DNA of 59,022 nucleotides, counting the filler, from Porpidia crustulata (lineage: Eukaryota): assembly GCA_964255105.1 (NCBI GenBank). It is 5 parts of 5 records of this genome, joined end to end, with 100 filler letters (N's around TTAATTAATTAA, not from the genome) between each part and the next. Parts side by side here need not be neighbours in the genome. Positions count along the whole stretch, not along the records: positions 11,837 to 23,571 come from CAXUWE010000610.1; positions 23,672 to 35,391 come from CAXUWE010000611.1; 3 more parts are not named here. The stretch is one strand, 5' to 3'. Positions 11,837 through 25,224 of this stretch are shown here, one piece after another (positions within the stretch are counted from its first letter, which is position 1; each line of letters opens with the position of its first letter). The position numbers were made by a program, and so were the translations under genes. The notes under the pieces are model-generated. The model had not been told where the DNA came from, did no database searches, and saw nothing but the letters and a program-made list of their open reading frames with translations.

Positions 11837-14132
11837 CCATTCAACTCCACCCTCCCCACCTTCCTCGCCGCCCGCTTCTCCCTCTCGCTCTCAAACCACG
11901 TCCGTTTCGGCCGGGCCAAAATCTCCGCTTCGTGCTCGATGATGTTTTCGCCCTTGCGGAGCTGCATGCTCGCGGACGACATTTGTTTCTCCTCCTTCTC
12001 GTCCGCGAGGATCTCGTCGACGGCGGCGCTCATATCCGCGATGCGCTGCGCCCAGGCGTCCGCGTCGGCGGGGTCGACGACCCGGGAGACGATCTTGGCG
12101 CCTTGGGCTTTTCCGGCTTTGACGGCGGCCTTGACGACTTTGCGGTCAGGTTCGGCGGCGATGGTGCAGGCGCGGCCGGGGCGGCCAGCGCGGGCGGTGC
12201 GGCCGACGCGGTGAAGGTAGATTTCGTGGGATTGGGGGGCTTCGTGGTTGATGACGGTGGAGATGTTTTTGATGTCGAGGCCGCGGGAGGCGACGTCGGT
12301 GGCGAGGAGGAAGGAGACGGTGGAGGAGCGGAAGGATTCGACGGAGGAAATGCGCTAGAGAGGAGGTGATTAGTTTTTTTGGCTAAGGATTGGGAATGAA
12401 GAGGATGAAGTACCTGTTCTTGTGACATGCTGCCGTGTAGTTCTGCAGCTTTTAGACCGCAAAGACCAAAGATTACACGCACGCGATGGGCTTCACGTTT
12501 TTGACGGAAGAAAATGATGACTCTCTCGGTATAGACGTTTTGGCAGAGATACATGAGATAACCCAAGCGCTTCTCTTCTCTTCCTGGACGTAATCGTACA
12601 AATTCTTGGACAAGGGTTCCGACAGTCTGCTTCCGCGCATCCACCATCAGTCGTACGGGCCGATTTAGACCAACACGAATCAATTTATCGACTCGGTCGG
12701 TCATGGTGGCCGAGAAGAGCATTGTTTGTCGGGACTTGGGGATTGTGGTTAGGATCTCATTGAGTTCGTGGGCGAATCCATCTTCGAGCATTCGGTCTGC
12801 TTCATCGAGGATTAGAATCTCCAGTGTGTCTACGGTAAAGCTGGCAGAATTGCGCATATGGTCGATAAATCGCCCGGGTGTGGCTATGATCACATCAGGT
12901 CGACTTCGTAGCACATTTTCCTGTTCTCGAAGGCTAAAGCCTCCCACTAATTGGCAGAATGTGACATCTGTAAAGCTGGCAAGTTTTTTTGCGACATTGA
13001 AACACTGGACAGCGAGTTCTCGAGTAGGCATCAAGATAGCTACCCTACTGGTTGGTACCTTTTTCGGGCGGTAGAGCAGTCGCTCGAGGACAGGAATTAT
13101 AAACGCTGCTGTTTTCCCCGAACCCGTCACGGCTCCCCCAACAACGTCTTTTCCAAGTAACGCAACAGGCATTGTTTTACTCTGGATAGGTGTTGGCTCG
13201 GAGAACCCTACAGCAGCAAGGCCTCGAAGAATTGGTCGAGATAGCGACATGTTCTGGAATGAGGCGGAAGATGAGCTTTTGACTTTTGACCTGTCAGACT
13301 TCTCCTCTGGAGCGAAAAAGGCCTCACGCCGCGCATTTTCAACAGGGTCATCCACTTCGTCCGCTGAGGACGCATTTGAATCTTGATCGTCAGGATGAGG
13401 TACAGGCTCCGCTAATGTATCGTCTTCCGATAAACTATCGGAGCTGTGATCTTCAAGACCGTCTTCGACGCCATCGTCATCTTCATTGCTCTCTGTAGTT
13501 CCCATACCAAACCCATCTTCTGCCAGCGTCTCGTCTTCCTCGTCTGTCGCTTCAACCCCATCCACTTCCGAGTTCGAAAGCTCCTCTACTGGACTGTGTG
13601 CTTCAAATGCGATCGTATTCCCGCTCCCTTGTTGAACAGCACCGCTTGGGCCCACCTTGTGCCCTTTCCTCCTAGCAATCAACTCATCAATATCCACTCC
13701 CGCCTTATCTCTATTTCTCTGAGTATCGAACTTAGCCCCACTGACTCCCCATCCATCAAAATCCTCCAATACTCCAATATCTGCATCTCCTATCTGGAAT
13801 TCGAAATCCGAGTCCATGGCTCCATCGTTTTCCCCATGTGCTGCCCATGTCTGATTTTCAGGTTTTGGTGAAGTAGAGTCAAGCAATGTCTTGCCATTTT
13901 TCTTGGTCTTTTTCGCTGTTTCGTTGAGACCGTCAGGCCTGGTACCGTTACCACTCGTAATGTCATTGGCGTCACGTTTGCGTTTCTTCGTATTGTAGGG
14001 TTGGTCTACCTGCGATTCAGATGAGGCACCATCCTCGTCTGCTATCGAAAGATCCTGGTCATTGTCGGATATCGTGAGCACAAAGTCGTCGTAGTCGTCG
14101 CTGTGAAATGGGTTCTCTAGAATAGGAGCCAT
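11837..14132 (-). CDS. DRS1: ATP-dependent DEAD-box RNA helicase DRS1/DDX27 (60S biogenesis), 3'-truncated by contig end
   Basis: Acidic N-terminus, Q motif [35 protein letters not shown] and SAT motifs. After intron 12355-12413 come [22 protein letters not shown] and the DRS1-specific [10 protein letters not shown]. Confidence 0.93.
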
Positions 14133-14191
14133 CGATGGGTTGTACCGAGCAGATGGAGTTGATATGATTATCCGCCGTGCCACCATGTACG

Positions 14192-14285
14192 AAATTTTTG
14201 GCGGAATACATTCCGTTTTCATATAAAATCCATCTCGGCACCCCGGTCTTTCAAAGTATCTAGCACGACTAAATACAATTTTTCA
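14192..14285 (-). promoter_or_regulatory. RRPE-like elements upstream of DRS1
   Basis: AAATTTTT at 14192-14199 and AATTTTTCA (TGAAAAATT on minus) at 14277-14285 lie 60-150 nt upstream of a ribosome-biogenesis gene. Short AT-rich motifs can also occur by chance. Confidence 0.35.
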
Positions 14286-15132
14286 CCTTAAAATCGATCC
14301 GAGATATAAAAATCCAACGACTATCTCAACAGCTTATTACTACGCAGACATTAATACGCAGACTTCAGGTAAAATACAAATCGCATTGTCACATTTTCCG
14401 CCGGCAAAAAGAAAGCAGAAATGTTGTCAAGGATCGATATCACTAAAGGTGGCACAATAACCGGCATCAATGTAAAACCCGTTATTGGCATTGCTCCTGC
14501 GTCATTTTAGGTAATTGTTAGATCTGAGAGACCAACAATAGACTTTGAAGTCACGGCACCCGATTCATGAAGCAAAGTGGTATTGCTACGCGAATCTGAC
14601 TTGACTAGCTACCAGGGGAGATAGGTAGGCCTATAACAGAGAAACGTGATAAAATCATCGCCTCCAGCTTAAACTTTTTCCGTGGCAATTATTGATAACG
14701 ATGTTGATATAGAGTGAGTGGCGTAATGAAGAAGCCTTTCAAGAGATCTTTGGCTTGGACCATTCCGAATATCGGGTATGGTGAAAAATCTTGTCATCGT
14801 CTCCTTGAAGCCCTTTTGGAAAACCGAGAAAGAAACGTGCCAAATAAGTAATGTTGAGTTTTTAATAGCATCCGGGGATTGAGTTCCGAAGACGCCCCTC
14901 AGTAGTTCATGAAAGGTTGAAAATGGTTGTCCTTCGGCGTGCTTTTCCCGTGCTCGTTGGTAAGGATGCTGAAGGAAATAGGGCTACTGTAAGAGATGTA
15001 AAGCCCTTTCCTGCTGTCTAACCACTGTCTGCCAATGGTGTCACTCTTTAATCTCCAAATTTTTGATTTGCTTATCGCCAGAAATCATGATTGCGAGCTG
15101 CAGCGGCGATATAGTATGAAGTCTCAAGTCGC

Positions 15133-16959
15133 TCAGTAAGTTGAGGGTATAATGCTCCCAGTCTCCCTGACCAAGTAGGCTAGATTAACACTAGACAGAC
15201 AAATCAGCTTCAGCCTTTCATGAGAATCCTTAGAAGCTCACTCTCTACCCAATTTATTTCCAATACCGGGTAAAGTGCTGACATGAAAGAAGTCAAAACC
15301 AATCAACCATTTTTTCTGCCACTTCAGGTCGTAGTCGTCATCTGCCGGATAGGGAATGGGAATGAGGACCTTCCTAATGATTCTTCGTCCGCCGTACATG
15401 TAATCGATTTTGTCCTCACCGCCAACAAACGGCGTGCCATGGCGAGGTCTATACTCCGGATCCAATGCCTCCAACATACGGTCCACCAAGGTCTTCCCTA
15501 TACCAGTACGTTTGTATTCATGGTCAACCCAGAATTGCATCTCACAGGTAAGTCGGTATGCATTTTCTTTATCCCCAAAATCTTCCGCGTACACGAAGCC
15601 AACAACAGTCTCATCATATGGACGACGAATACGATCTGTGAATCTTCCACTCAATTTGACAGCAACGAGAAATGAGTAATGCTGCTCATTCACATCATGC
15701 CAGCGGGCGCGCCACTGGGGGATGCTCAGGTCGTTCTTCTCGGAGGCAGCGACGCTATGTTTGATAAACCAGTTGTGAATAGCGGCGATCTGAGCCAAGT
15801 CACGATCTTCGGCAGGACGAACGTAAATGTTGGCCTTGGGTTTGTGAGGGTTGGGAGGCATGCTTGCAAGGATTTCGGCCTCACGTTCTTTCCACATTCG
15901 ACGCAACATCTTCCTATCCTCTTTGGACTCCACAGCCTTTTGTTCGACCTCCTTGCAGAAATCCTGCATCGCGGCGTCTGCGGTCCTCCCTTTCTTAGAG
16001 AGAGTATAGGGATCCACAGTAGGGTAGGTCTTGTGTAGCTCAGGATCCATTACGCCATTTAGCGTGTCTTGACCATCAGTGGGGGCTTCACCCGTTACAA
16101 ACCCCACCTCTTCAACATTCACCTGCGCTGGGTTATCCAGAGCTTCGTTGACAGTTTGCGCCAACCAGTCTTGCATATTCTCACGTAGACGCTTATTGCG
16201 AATGTCGGTTAAGACTGTGTTATCCCATTTAGGTGGACCTATCGGTCTTGGTCCCTTCCAGCCGGCAATTGGAGCCTGGAGCTCTAGTACCTTTCCTTTA
16301 CCCTTATTGAGAACCGGCGTAGCACCAGAAGCCTCAGAGAATGTGCTTGTCGCATTGCTGACGGTAGAAGGAGAGTGCTTGGGGGAAGTGATCTTCGCTG
16401 GAGTGTAGTTCCCGGTCCCAGCTGGGGACGGTTTGGAAGTGTGCGGTGTGTTGGTGATATCCTTGAGCATGGTTGCCTTCGACTGGTGATCTGAGGTCAC
16501 CCCGAGGCCGTTACGGGCGATAGGGCTCCCGTTTGAGTGAGATTGAACGGTCGACGACATCGGTTTGGGTGTTCTGAGGTGAGGTGGAACATAGCTCTGC
16601 CAGTCGTTATTCTTCGTATTCATCTTGACCTCGTCAAATTTATTGAAAGACGGTCGATGGGCTTTGGGTGGTGAGCGCATGTGAGGCAGTATATGCTTTT
16701 CGGTCAGAGCCTCATCAGCGATGATAGTCCCGTCAGCAGATCCTTGTGACTCCGAGATCGTACTCGTTCTGAAGTCGATAGTCATCTGTTCTGCTGCTGC
16801 TGCTGCAATATCGAGAGTTTTCCTTTTGTTGGGTGTACCGAAGATGTAGGGTGGCATATTTCTGTAGTCAAGTCTGGGACGACTATGAGTCGGTTGAGGA
16901 CCCTTCTGAACGTATCCGCAGGTAGAGTTCCAAGGTTCTATAGCATGATCGTCTGACAT
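15133..16959 (-). CDS. GNAT-family acetyltransferase with long low-complexity N-terminal region
   Basis: 573-aa ORF with C-terminal VRPAEDRDLAQIAAIHNWFI...VVGFVYA...VDHEYKRTGIGKTLVDRML (acetyl-CoA binding motif A). A short final exon (VNLAYLVRETGSIIPSTY*) follows a GTGAGC..TAG intron at about 15192-15241. Confidence 0.8.
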
Positions 16960-17820
16960 ATTGTTGCGGAAGATCAGCTCAGTAGCGGTGTCCGCAGAAA
17001 TCGGATGTGAAGCTTCACGACTACACGTAGCAACACCTTATTCTCTTTCATCTGTTTATCTATTTTGCCGACGCCAGCATGAATGTTGTTAGAATCGAAG
17101 ACGAACCTGTTAGCAAATTGAGGGTTACTACTGTCACCTACAATACGATCCTATCTTGAAATATTACTTTTCTACGCTTCGCTGATGGCGTGGTTTCTGA
17201 GCTACGCCCAAGATGTATTTGAGCGTGTGTCATATAGATCGTCTCATTCTGTCTATTTATATTCTTGTCTCCTTTCGAATGTTAGAACATTAGAAAGACA
17301 AGAAGATACTTGACATCGTTCTCTGCGGCATGTACGAATCGCAGTGAATCTAAGCCTGAACGAAGGTCAAGCATGAGAGATATGGCGTTGATAATGATCA
17401 GGATGCCCGACGTCTGATTTCTATCAGGGTTGGGGAACCGCATTGAAGAAGCGGCGTCATCTATCGTGAGCGTCTTCGATGCCGAGCGTGACTAAAGCGG
17501 TTGTGAGGAGGAAAGGTAGTGGCAACCTCTGTGCCTCTCCATGATCTAACCTTTACATGCAAGGAGACGGGTGCTTCCATCCTTAGCCGTGGAGGGAAGT
17601 CAATACAGGCTAGGAATGAGAGATATCGAGAAAAAGTTAAAAGATTACTATTTTCTTACAAAAATGAGATGATGGCTGGCTTTGATTAAGTTGGAGATAC
17701 GTGAAAAAGTAGTGCTCGTTGTGGTGCGTTGACGTCTTTCAACGGAATTTAGGCTCGTTACAATTTCTCGACACGAAACTTGAACGACTACTTGAGACAC
17801 GTTCACGTCAGAGAGCAACA

Positions 17821-18624
17821 ATGCTATCGATACTGAGGAAAGCTCGTCTTAAGGATAAGGAAATGAGAATCTTGATGCTGTAAATATGAAAGGAGTAGAG
17901 TCGTGCTATGCTCACAGCCTTTAGAGGACTCGACAATGCCGGCAAAACGACAATCGTCAAGAAGATCATGAATGAGGATGTAAACACCGTTAGCCCAACT
18001 CTTGGCTTCATTATCAAGACGATTGATTATGAGGGGTGAGTTTAGTCCCACCTCGATCACCAGCGAGATTATCGAATGTGGCTTATGCTACATCACAGCT
18101 ATAAGCTCAATATCTGTATGGCGTCAAGTCCTCAAAAATCATGTCGATGCTTACCGGAGTGGCGTAAGGGGACGTCGGCGGTCAGAAAACGTTAAGATCG
18201 TACTGGAGAAACTACTTTGAGAAGACCGATGCTCTCATATGGGTTGTTGATGCGACTGATCGCCTCAGGATTGAGGATTGCAGAGAAGAGCTTGCGGGCT
18301 TACTACTTGAAGAGGTTGGATTACTCTTTGTTGACCTTGGCAGCACTGATCTACCTCAGCGGTTGATGGGCGCCAGTCTATTGGTGTTTTCGAACAAGAA
18401 GGATGTCACGGGGTGTATGAGCGACGATGAGATCAGAGATGTTCGTATAGCAGACTTTTCACATCTCATACAACGTCGACTGACTGTGACAGGGACTTCA
18501 CTTAGACGCGATCAAGACCCACAAATGGACCATTGTCCGCTGCAGTGCGATCACAGGAGAGAATCTCAAAGAAGGTTTAGATTGGGTTGTGCAAGATGCT
18601 CGAGATAGGCTCTTCCTCTATTGA
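17821..18624 (+). CDS. ARL2: ADP-ribosylation factor-like GTPase 2 (Arl2/Cin4/Alp41), multi-exon
   Basis: Spliced translation [29 protein letters not shown]...SPTLGF...[21 protein letters not shown]...NKKD...[15 protein letters not shown]...LFLY*, with five GT..AG introns. Confidence 0.93.
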
Positions 18625-18822
18625 AATTTTGATTCTAAGGCCGATAGGAGGGGTTTCTATTCTTGGCTCAACGGCTTTCATAAAGGCCAGCCTTATGAGG
18701 CTTGAGCATGCGGGCAGAAGACTAGTCTGGTCCCTTGAATTGTAGATTAAGTGATCCGAGTCAATAAGTCGCATTGATCCCACAATTGTACTCTCTATTA
18801 ATCAGTTACTGTCCTTACATAT

Positions 18823-21800
18823 ATGTCTTTGGTAGCAGAACCTGAAAGGTCAGAAGATGTCAATGACTTTCTGCTCCGAATCCGTGAACTTGGTGACAGG
18901 CGTGACAAAGAAGATGAAGAGCGCACCAGGAAACTGGAAGAAGATTTAATTCAGAGTCGGAAAGAGAGACAAGCTCGTCGAGAGGGTCAGTCAAAAATGA
19001 CACTAAGTCATTGTCGCGAGATGATGATGATGAACCTTATGGCTAACACAACATTAGAGCGTGCAAGATCATTATCCCCAACAAAAGGATCTTCTTCCAA
19101 TACCGGCACACCCAACTCTACGCGTTCAACGATGGATACTTCTGTAGATCATGAGCCTTCAAATTCTTCTGATTACCGGATCCTCGAGACACGCGACCAA
19201 GGTCTAGACAATGACTCTCGAATTACAAATCGTGAGCCTTCAAATCCAAAATCCGAGCCTATCACACTATCGAACACCTCGTCAAACAGTGCATTGCCCC
19301 TGGCTCGTTCAGGTACGCTGTCTTGGCAACAAAGGCCAACGTCGCGAGGATCTACAAGCGGTGTGCGGAGTCGTCCTCTGTCCATGGTGGCTACGCACAA
19401 CAACGCTACAAGCTCTCCACGGGCCTGTCCTGATCCAACACCCACGAGTGGGAGCGCGGTATCGCGAGCTCAGATCGCACAGTCTCTAGGTTCGAAAGAC
19501 CCGAGTTGGTTCAAACAAACGGAAGATCGAGCAGCGGGATCAGCAGGGAATCGGAGAAACATAGGAGAAGAGGTACCAAATGTTGCCGCTCAATCCACAA
19601 ATGTGCGTTTGCCAGGCTTGTCAAGAGAAGCCTCCGCAGGAGTCGAGAGGGAGCTGAGCCCCCTTCCTGAAAGCATACGCCCGTCTTCAACTTCGAGAGA
19701 GGGTTCGATCGGAGGTATCTCCGCTACGGACCAACGATATCTCAACCCAGCTACAATTTCGTCGGCAATAGGGCTTCGGTCACTGTTGCCGAGCTTGAGC
19801 GGTCAGCGCTTCGAGCCGCCATACTCAGACACCGATTCTCCTAGCGATACCGACGCCCCTGTGGCAAGTAGAACACTGGCTATGTCTCCGGCACAAGGGA
19901 GGATATCGCCCGAACGTTTCGACAGGCCTGCTTCACCTACCAAAGGTCTCGGAGGTTTCGTACAGAGTGCTATGCTGAAAAGATCTGACAGTGTCAACAA
20001 GAGATGGAGTGCACAGCCCGGCGCTGGACTGAGTAGAGGGAATTCAATTACAAGCAATCGTAGTAGATATGATGGTTCAAGACCAAATTTGGGGAACATG
20101 AATTCTTATCGAGAAATAAGACCGGGAAATCTAAGCAGTGATAGTTCTCCAACATCAAAGTCGAGACCGGGTTCAAACCATGACAAAATTCCAGTAAGCC
20201 ATCCGCAGGCTGACAATGACGGACTAAGTACTTCATTCATGTTGGAGGACAACAAATCCGAGTCGGCCTCCGATAGCAAATTTACCAAACCAGCACTACC
20301 GTTCCAGAAGAACCCAATTACTGGATCAGAAGCACGTGAGAACAACCGAGATACAGAATTCTTGGAGAAGACGCCAACCCTAAGTCCAAATAAGAGATGG
20401 AGTCCTACTAAAGCAAGTTGGCTTGAGAACGCCATCAACAAACCGGAATCTCCTAGAACCGCTGCACCTCCACCACAACAGCCAAGCTGGATGGCCGAGA
20501 TCAGTCGAGCCAAGCAAAAACGTGGAAGTTTCGATCTCGGCAAAAGCGATACCCTTAGAGAGCCACCATTAGTCAGATCAAGTAAACCTCCTGGTATTGG
20601 AGGCCCGCCTAATGGTTTGAGAGCAGGCATAGCCAAGCAGTCTCAGGCCGGAACTTCAGACTTTGAGACTCCAGAGTCGAGCGCCGTAAAAGCCGACGTG
20701 GCTGCTAAGTCTCGGGATTCCACGACGTCTTTGCCCTCATCAAAGACACCAACAATTACGGAAGAGCGGGCAGAAACTAATGGTCGTACACCAGAAAAAT
20801 CCAACGCTATTTTTCCGCCGCCTATAAAGCCCAAGGAATCTCCAATAGACATGCGTAGGGGAACCTCTAAGCCGCTAAAGCCGAAGCCAGAAACCCCTCC
20901 GAAGAAAGATTTCAGATCTAATCTTAAATCACGGCAGGTCTCCGCAGGCAAGGAAACCAATGAAGATGCGGAATTTAAGAATGTATTTGGAAAACTCAAG
21001 CGCACCCAGACAAAAAACTATGTCGCACCAGATGAACTCAAAGATAACATCATGAGGGGAAAGGCTGGGCTTGCTTTGACAGGAGGACCCAAAAAAACCG
21101 AGCGCAAAGATGAATTTAAAGAGAGTCTACTGAAGCAGAAAGAGGCCATGAAAGCCGGAGCCTCTTCAGGAACTCCCAGGAAAATCAGTGGTAACACCGT
21201 TGGAACAGACGACCCACCAGTACCGGAAGCGCTAGCTAAGAAGAAGGGACTGATAAGATCAGAAAATGGAATGAACGATGTCAGTGCTGCAGTAGGGAAG
21301 ACACTGGGCAAGCCTGAAGTTATTGACAAGGGGGAGCGGCTACATGACAAATTCAAGCCATTACCGCTTAGTACAAAGCTCGGTATACCTACGAACGTAC
21401 AGAATGAGCGAGCTGTACAATCAAAAGTAGAAAATAGCTTCAGTGGCTCGCTGGCGACCTTGATATCGAGAGGGCCATCACCAGTCGCCGCTGGCTCAAA
21501 GGCTAGTGTGGCAATGAATCCAAGTTCCATGTCCGATTTCAAATCGTCAACATTAGATGAGACCGATGAGGCTACAGCAATTGGACCTCAGTTGACTCAC
21601 ATGACCAAAGCCAGAGCAAAAGGACCCAAGAGGCGATTGCCGAAGAATATAATTGAAAATGTCTCGGCTAGACCGTCAGCTTCTGTATCAAGTCCAGGGC
21701 CGACGGAGAGCTCGCCTAGAACGATCTCTCCGGGGAGCCAGTCTAGAGCAGACCCTTATTCAGCACCTACTATTGCTGAAAAACTTGACACGCGCCCTCT

Positions 21801-23571
21801 CGTGAGCATTTCGAATAACGGTAATCGTAAAGCGTCTCAGCCCAACACCCCTCGAAAACCGTCCACAAGTATTGCATCTCTTGATAAGGCCAAGGAGATC
21901 TCCCCTTCTTCACCAGAAAGGCCGCCGGAGGTGATTGCGAAAGCTTCACCTTTGATGAAGCCAAAATCAGGAATACTCTCTTCGAATGGCCCAAGTCGCG
22001 AAACTTTGACCTCAACTTCTGTATCTAATCCAGTCCCTTCCATACCTCCAACACCACTCAAGATTCAACGATCGCAAGCTACCAGTGCTGAGCCCACTGT
22101 GGCCCAAGAAAATCAACGGGTTAGTGCCGTAGAGGACGAGATATCTCCTCCTTCCGTACGTAATGCAGCGGCTACGTGGGAGAAGTCACCAGTTTTGAGT
22201 TCCTCGCGGCACGCTCACGTCAAATCCCCTATCAAACTGCCTACACGTAAGGATGAGGAAACGGCTTTTCAAGACGCAGGGCTTCATCGCAAAGGATCTA
22301 AAGTACCGGTTGGCCTTGGTATTCACGTTGTGAGGAATGAAATTGAGGCTTCACCACCTTCACAACATAATTTACCTATCTCCCCTGCAAAATCACCGAG
22401 AAGCCCTCCGCTACCTACTAAAAAATCCATCATCGTTGCCAACAGATCAGTTTTTAGCACCCCAGCTCCAAAAGCCAAGCCTGAACATCTGAATTCTTCG
22501 AGTCAACAGCACTCAGAAGCCGCCCGTCTGTTCGCCGAATATTTCAGTGAGGTTCCCAGTTCCAATGGAAGAGTTAACATTGACACGCAAGCGGTCCTTG
22601 CTTCAAGATCATCCAGTGCAGCTTCAAATAAAATCAAGACGCTTAGGAAGCAGATTTGGGAAGTTACTGGTGACGGCAAGTCAGTCGAGGTACCATCGCA
22701 TCAAGAGCATATTCTATTCGAAGAGAGCATGTACCTATGTAATCATGTCTTCGGCAACGCTGCTGGAATAAGGACTACAGAAGTGTACCTATGGTGTGGT
22801 GATGGGGTTCCAACTTCCGCGGCGGAAGATGCCCAATTGTTCGCGAGGAAAGTCGCCAAGGATAACAACGGCAGGCTCCTTGTCCTCCAACAGGGGAAGG
22901 AAAGTCCAAATTTCTTCGAAGCCTTGGGCGGTATTGTCATCACTCGCCGAGGAGCCAGTAGCCGAGCCGATAGGCCTTCTAGCGCTGGAGCGATATACAT
23001 GCTATGCGGTCGCCGGCACGTAGGTCAAATCGCTTTTGATGAAGTCGACTTTGACCCGCGAAGCCTTTGCTCTGGATTTCCCTTTATCGTCTCCGCACAA
23101 TTTGGGAAGCTCTATCTATGGAAGGGCAACGGGTCGAGCGCCGATGAGTTAGGTTGCGCCCGGCTGATCGGAATGGATTTGGGTCTTACCGGCGAGATTG
23201 AAGAGATTGACGAAGGAAAGGAACCGAATGTCTTCTGGGAAAGCTTTGCCAATAATAAGCGAAAAGACGCATCGACCTCGGCCGGTGACGGGAAGGCGCA
23301 GCATTGGCCTCTCAAGTCATCATGCGAAAAATACACAACGAGGCTTTTTAGCGTCGACCTTGAGACGCCGAAATCGAAATTTGGCTCTGGCTTTTCGTGG
23401 GCAAGAAGAGGGAGTGGGCCGTCCTCAGAGGAAGGGGCAACGCCAACCACACAGATCAGGGAGATTAATCCATTTACGTGTTCGGATCTGGTGGACGACG
23501 GCGTATTTGTCCTCGACACTTTCTTCGAGATCTATGTGTAAGTATCTCCTCTTGTCATCCCATCCCGGCTC
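18823..23571 (+). CDS. Large DUF4045-type / gelsolin(villin)-repeat actin-associated protein, 3'-truncated by contig end
   Basis: N-terminal DVNDFLLRIRELG..RD.EDEERTRKLEE, SPTKGLGGFVQSAM..RSDSV.KRWS and long Ser/Pro-rich linker. C-terminal gelsolin-like segments (VYLWCG, QGKESPNFFEALGG, LYLWKGNGS, VFVLDTFFEIYV). Probable in-frame intron 18986-19057; further donor at about 23539. Confidence 0.8.
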
Positions 23572-23671
23572 NNNNNNNNNNNNNNNNNNNNNNNNNNNNN
23601 NNNNNNNNNNNNNNNTTAATTAATTAANNNNNNNNNNNNNNNNNNNNNNNNNNNNNNNNNNNNNNNNNNNN
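23572..23671. other. Artificial contig-joining linker
   Basis: Same 100-nt N/TTAATTAATTAA/N linker. Confidence 0.97.
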
Positions 23672-24096
23672 CCCCAGCCATAAACCTAAACTCCGCCTTC
23701 AACCTATCCGCCCCCGCTCAGCCGGCTCCGAAGGCAATGCCCTCAGCGCCATCCACCACGAATACGTCCACCTTCTCCAGCCTCTCCGCCGCCGACGCCT
23801 GGGGCTCTAATGACGCATGGGCGACCCCGGATCCCCCTGCTGCCGGCAAACCTCAAACCAAACCTGCAGTAGCCAAAAATGTCGAGAGCGGATTCAGCTG
23901 GGGCATGAACCCAGGATCCATCACGGCTTCCAGCAAAGGCGGGTTCAGCGCGCACCCGAGTCCGCCGAAAATCGCACCGGACGAGGATTTCGGGGGATGG
24001 AACAGCGCTGCGCCGGAGACTCCGGTTGTGCCGCCGGTCCAGAGGTCGGGCGGGGGCTTTGGGGGCGGAGATATTCTTGAGAATCCTTGGGGTTGA
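23672..24096 (+). CDS. 3' end of a gene cut by the contig start; resembles the C-terminus of Age2/SMAP-type ArfGAPs
   Basis: Open frame from the contig edge with DAWGSNDAW, GFSWG, PDEDFGGWNSA and terminal DILENPWG* (adaptor-binding-type aromatic motifs). The catalytic domain is not in the window. Confidence 0.55.
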
Positions 24097-25224
24097 GAGG
24101 ATGGCAGGGATTAGTACCGGAGAGAATGGTGTACTGAGGCAGACGAATGGGGTTTGGAGGGCATAAAGCGGACGTGATGCTTGAGATGGCTTTGCTTTTT
24201 AAGTAGATTAGAAAGGCATTCCCGGGGGTGGAGGACAGAAGCATGGTAACATGGAGTATGAAATCTATGCTTTCAATGATGCCGGGTGGGTCAATCAATG
24301 GTTGTGCACAGGTTTCAGTCCCTTTAACTCGTATTCATGTGGAATGAAGTGCCTCCTGTATAACAGCGTAACCCAATAGCGCCAATATTTGCCCGATTAT
24401 AACCGCCATCCAGCGTCTAAAAACGCCCAAAAAAACTCCCGCCCGGCCCGTAAGCTTCTGTCCTTTTGGTTACCGAAATTAGAGCTTATGCTTTTGTGTG
24501 GTCTATCCCCGAGACTGGTGTCCTCCACGCGGTTTTCCGTCGCCTGGCTTCTAGTCCGTAAGTTACAAGTCGCATATCCGTAGATGGGCAATATGTTACT
24601 GAGAGGACGACGGGCATGCGGTGCGGGTAGAAGTGACGTGTGAAGATCGAAACTCGAAACCCGAAGCGGTCGTGTGGAGATAGTGTCACTGTGGTCACTG
24701 GATTCAGAGCGGTATGTTTGAGGTCGTTGTTGGAGTTTGGGTATGTTGAGGACGCGGAGGTGACGCGCAGAGTCGAGGACTTGAGGTAGCTGGGATATTT
24801 GGATATGGATATTCATATTGAAGGTGTCGTGCGCTTTGTTGGCCGCGTAGGGGCGAGGTATGGGTTGGGTGGATTGGTTGGGGAAGCCGTCGGTGTCGCC
24901 TATGGTAGGAATGGTAGAGGGTAGTGGTGGAGGATTCAGACGAGCTACAATGATTCTGTTGGAAGAGCCTTTGTTTCACCCTGAGGTGCTGCCGAATATT
25001 TGTATTGTGGTAGTCTGCAATCCGCTATTGACCTCAGGACTCCTAGCTCCGCTTTCCGAGAGTTTGTTTGTGACATCAGGTCTAGACGTTGAGGTTCCAA
25101 GTGCCGGCCTTCTTCAGCTGGAGCCTCGCTCTATCCTTGAGGCGTCCGCACCGTTGTGGGCTCTGCCAAGTGGCGCCTCAAGTTCCGCCCGCCTTCTTCA
25201 CGCCTCCTAATATTTGAAAAGTAG

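Noticed and set aside
12030..12354. Pro/Ser-rich C-terminus of the 730-aa ORF
   Set aside because: Artefact of reading through intron 12355-12413; the spliced frame gives helicase motifs V and VI.
19173..23519. Many antisense ORFs inside long genes (also within DRS1, RAD53-like and hbrB)
   Set aside because: Expected shadow ORFs of long Ser/Pro-rich coding sequences, with no independent evidence.
24389..25210. Overlapping ORFs between the ArfGAP-like gene and SFT1
   Set aside because: Low-complexity translations with no motif; more likely 3' UTR or intergenic DNA.
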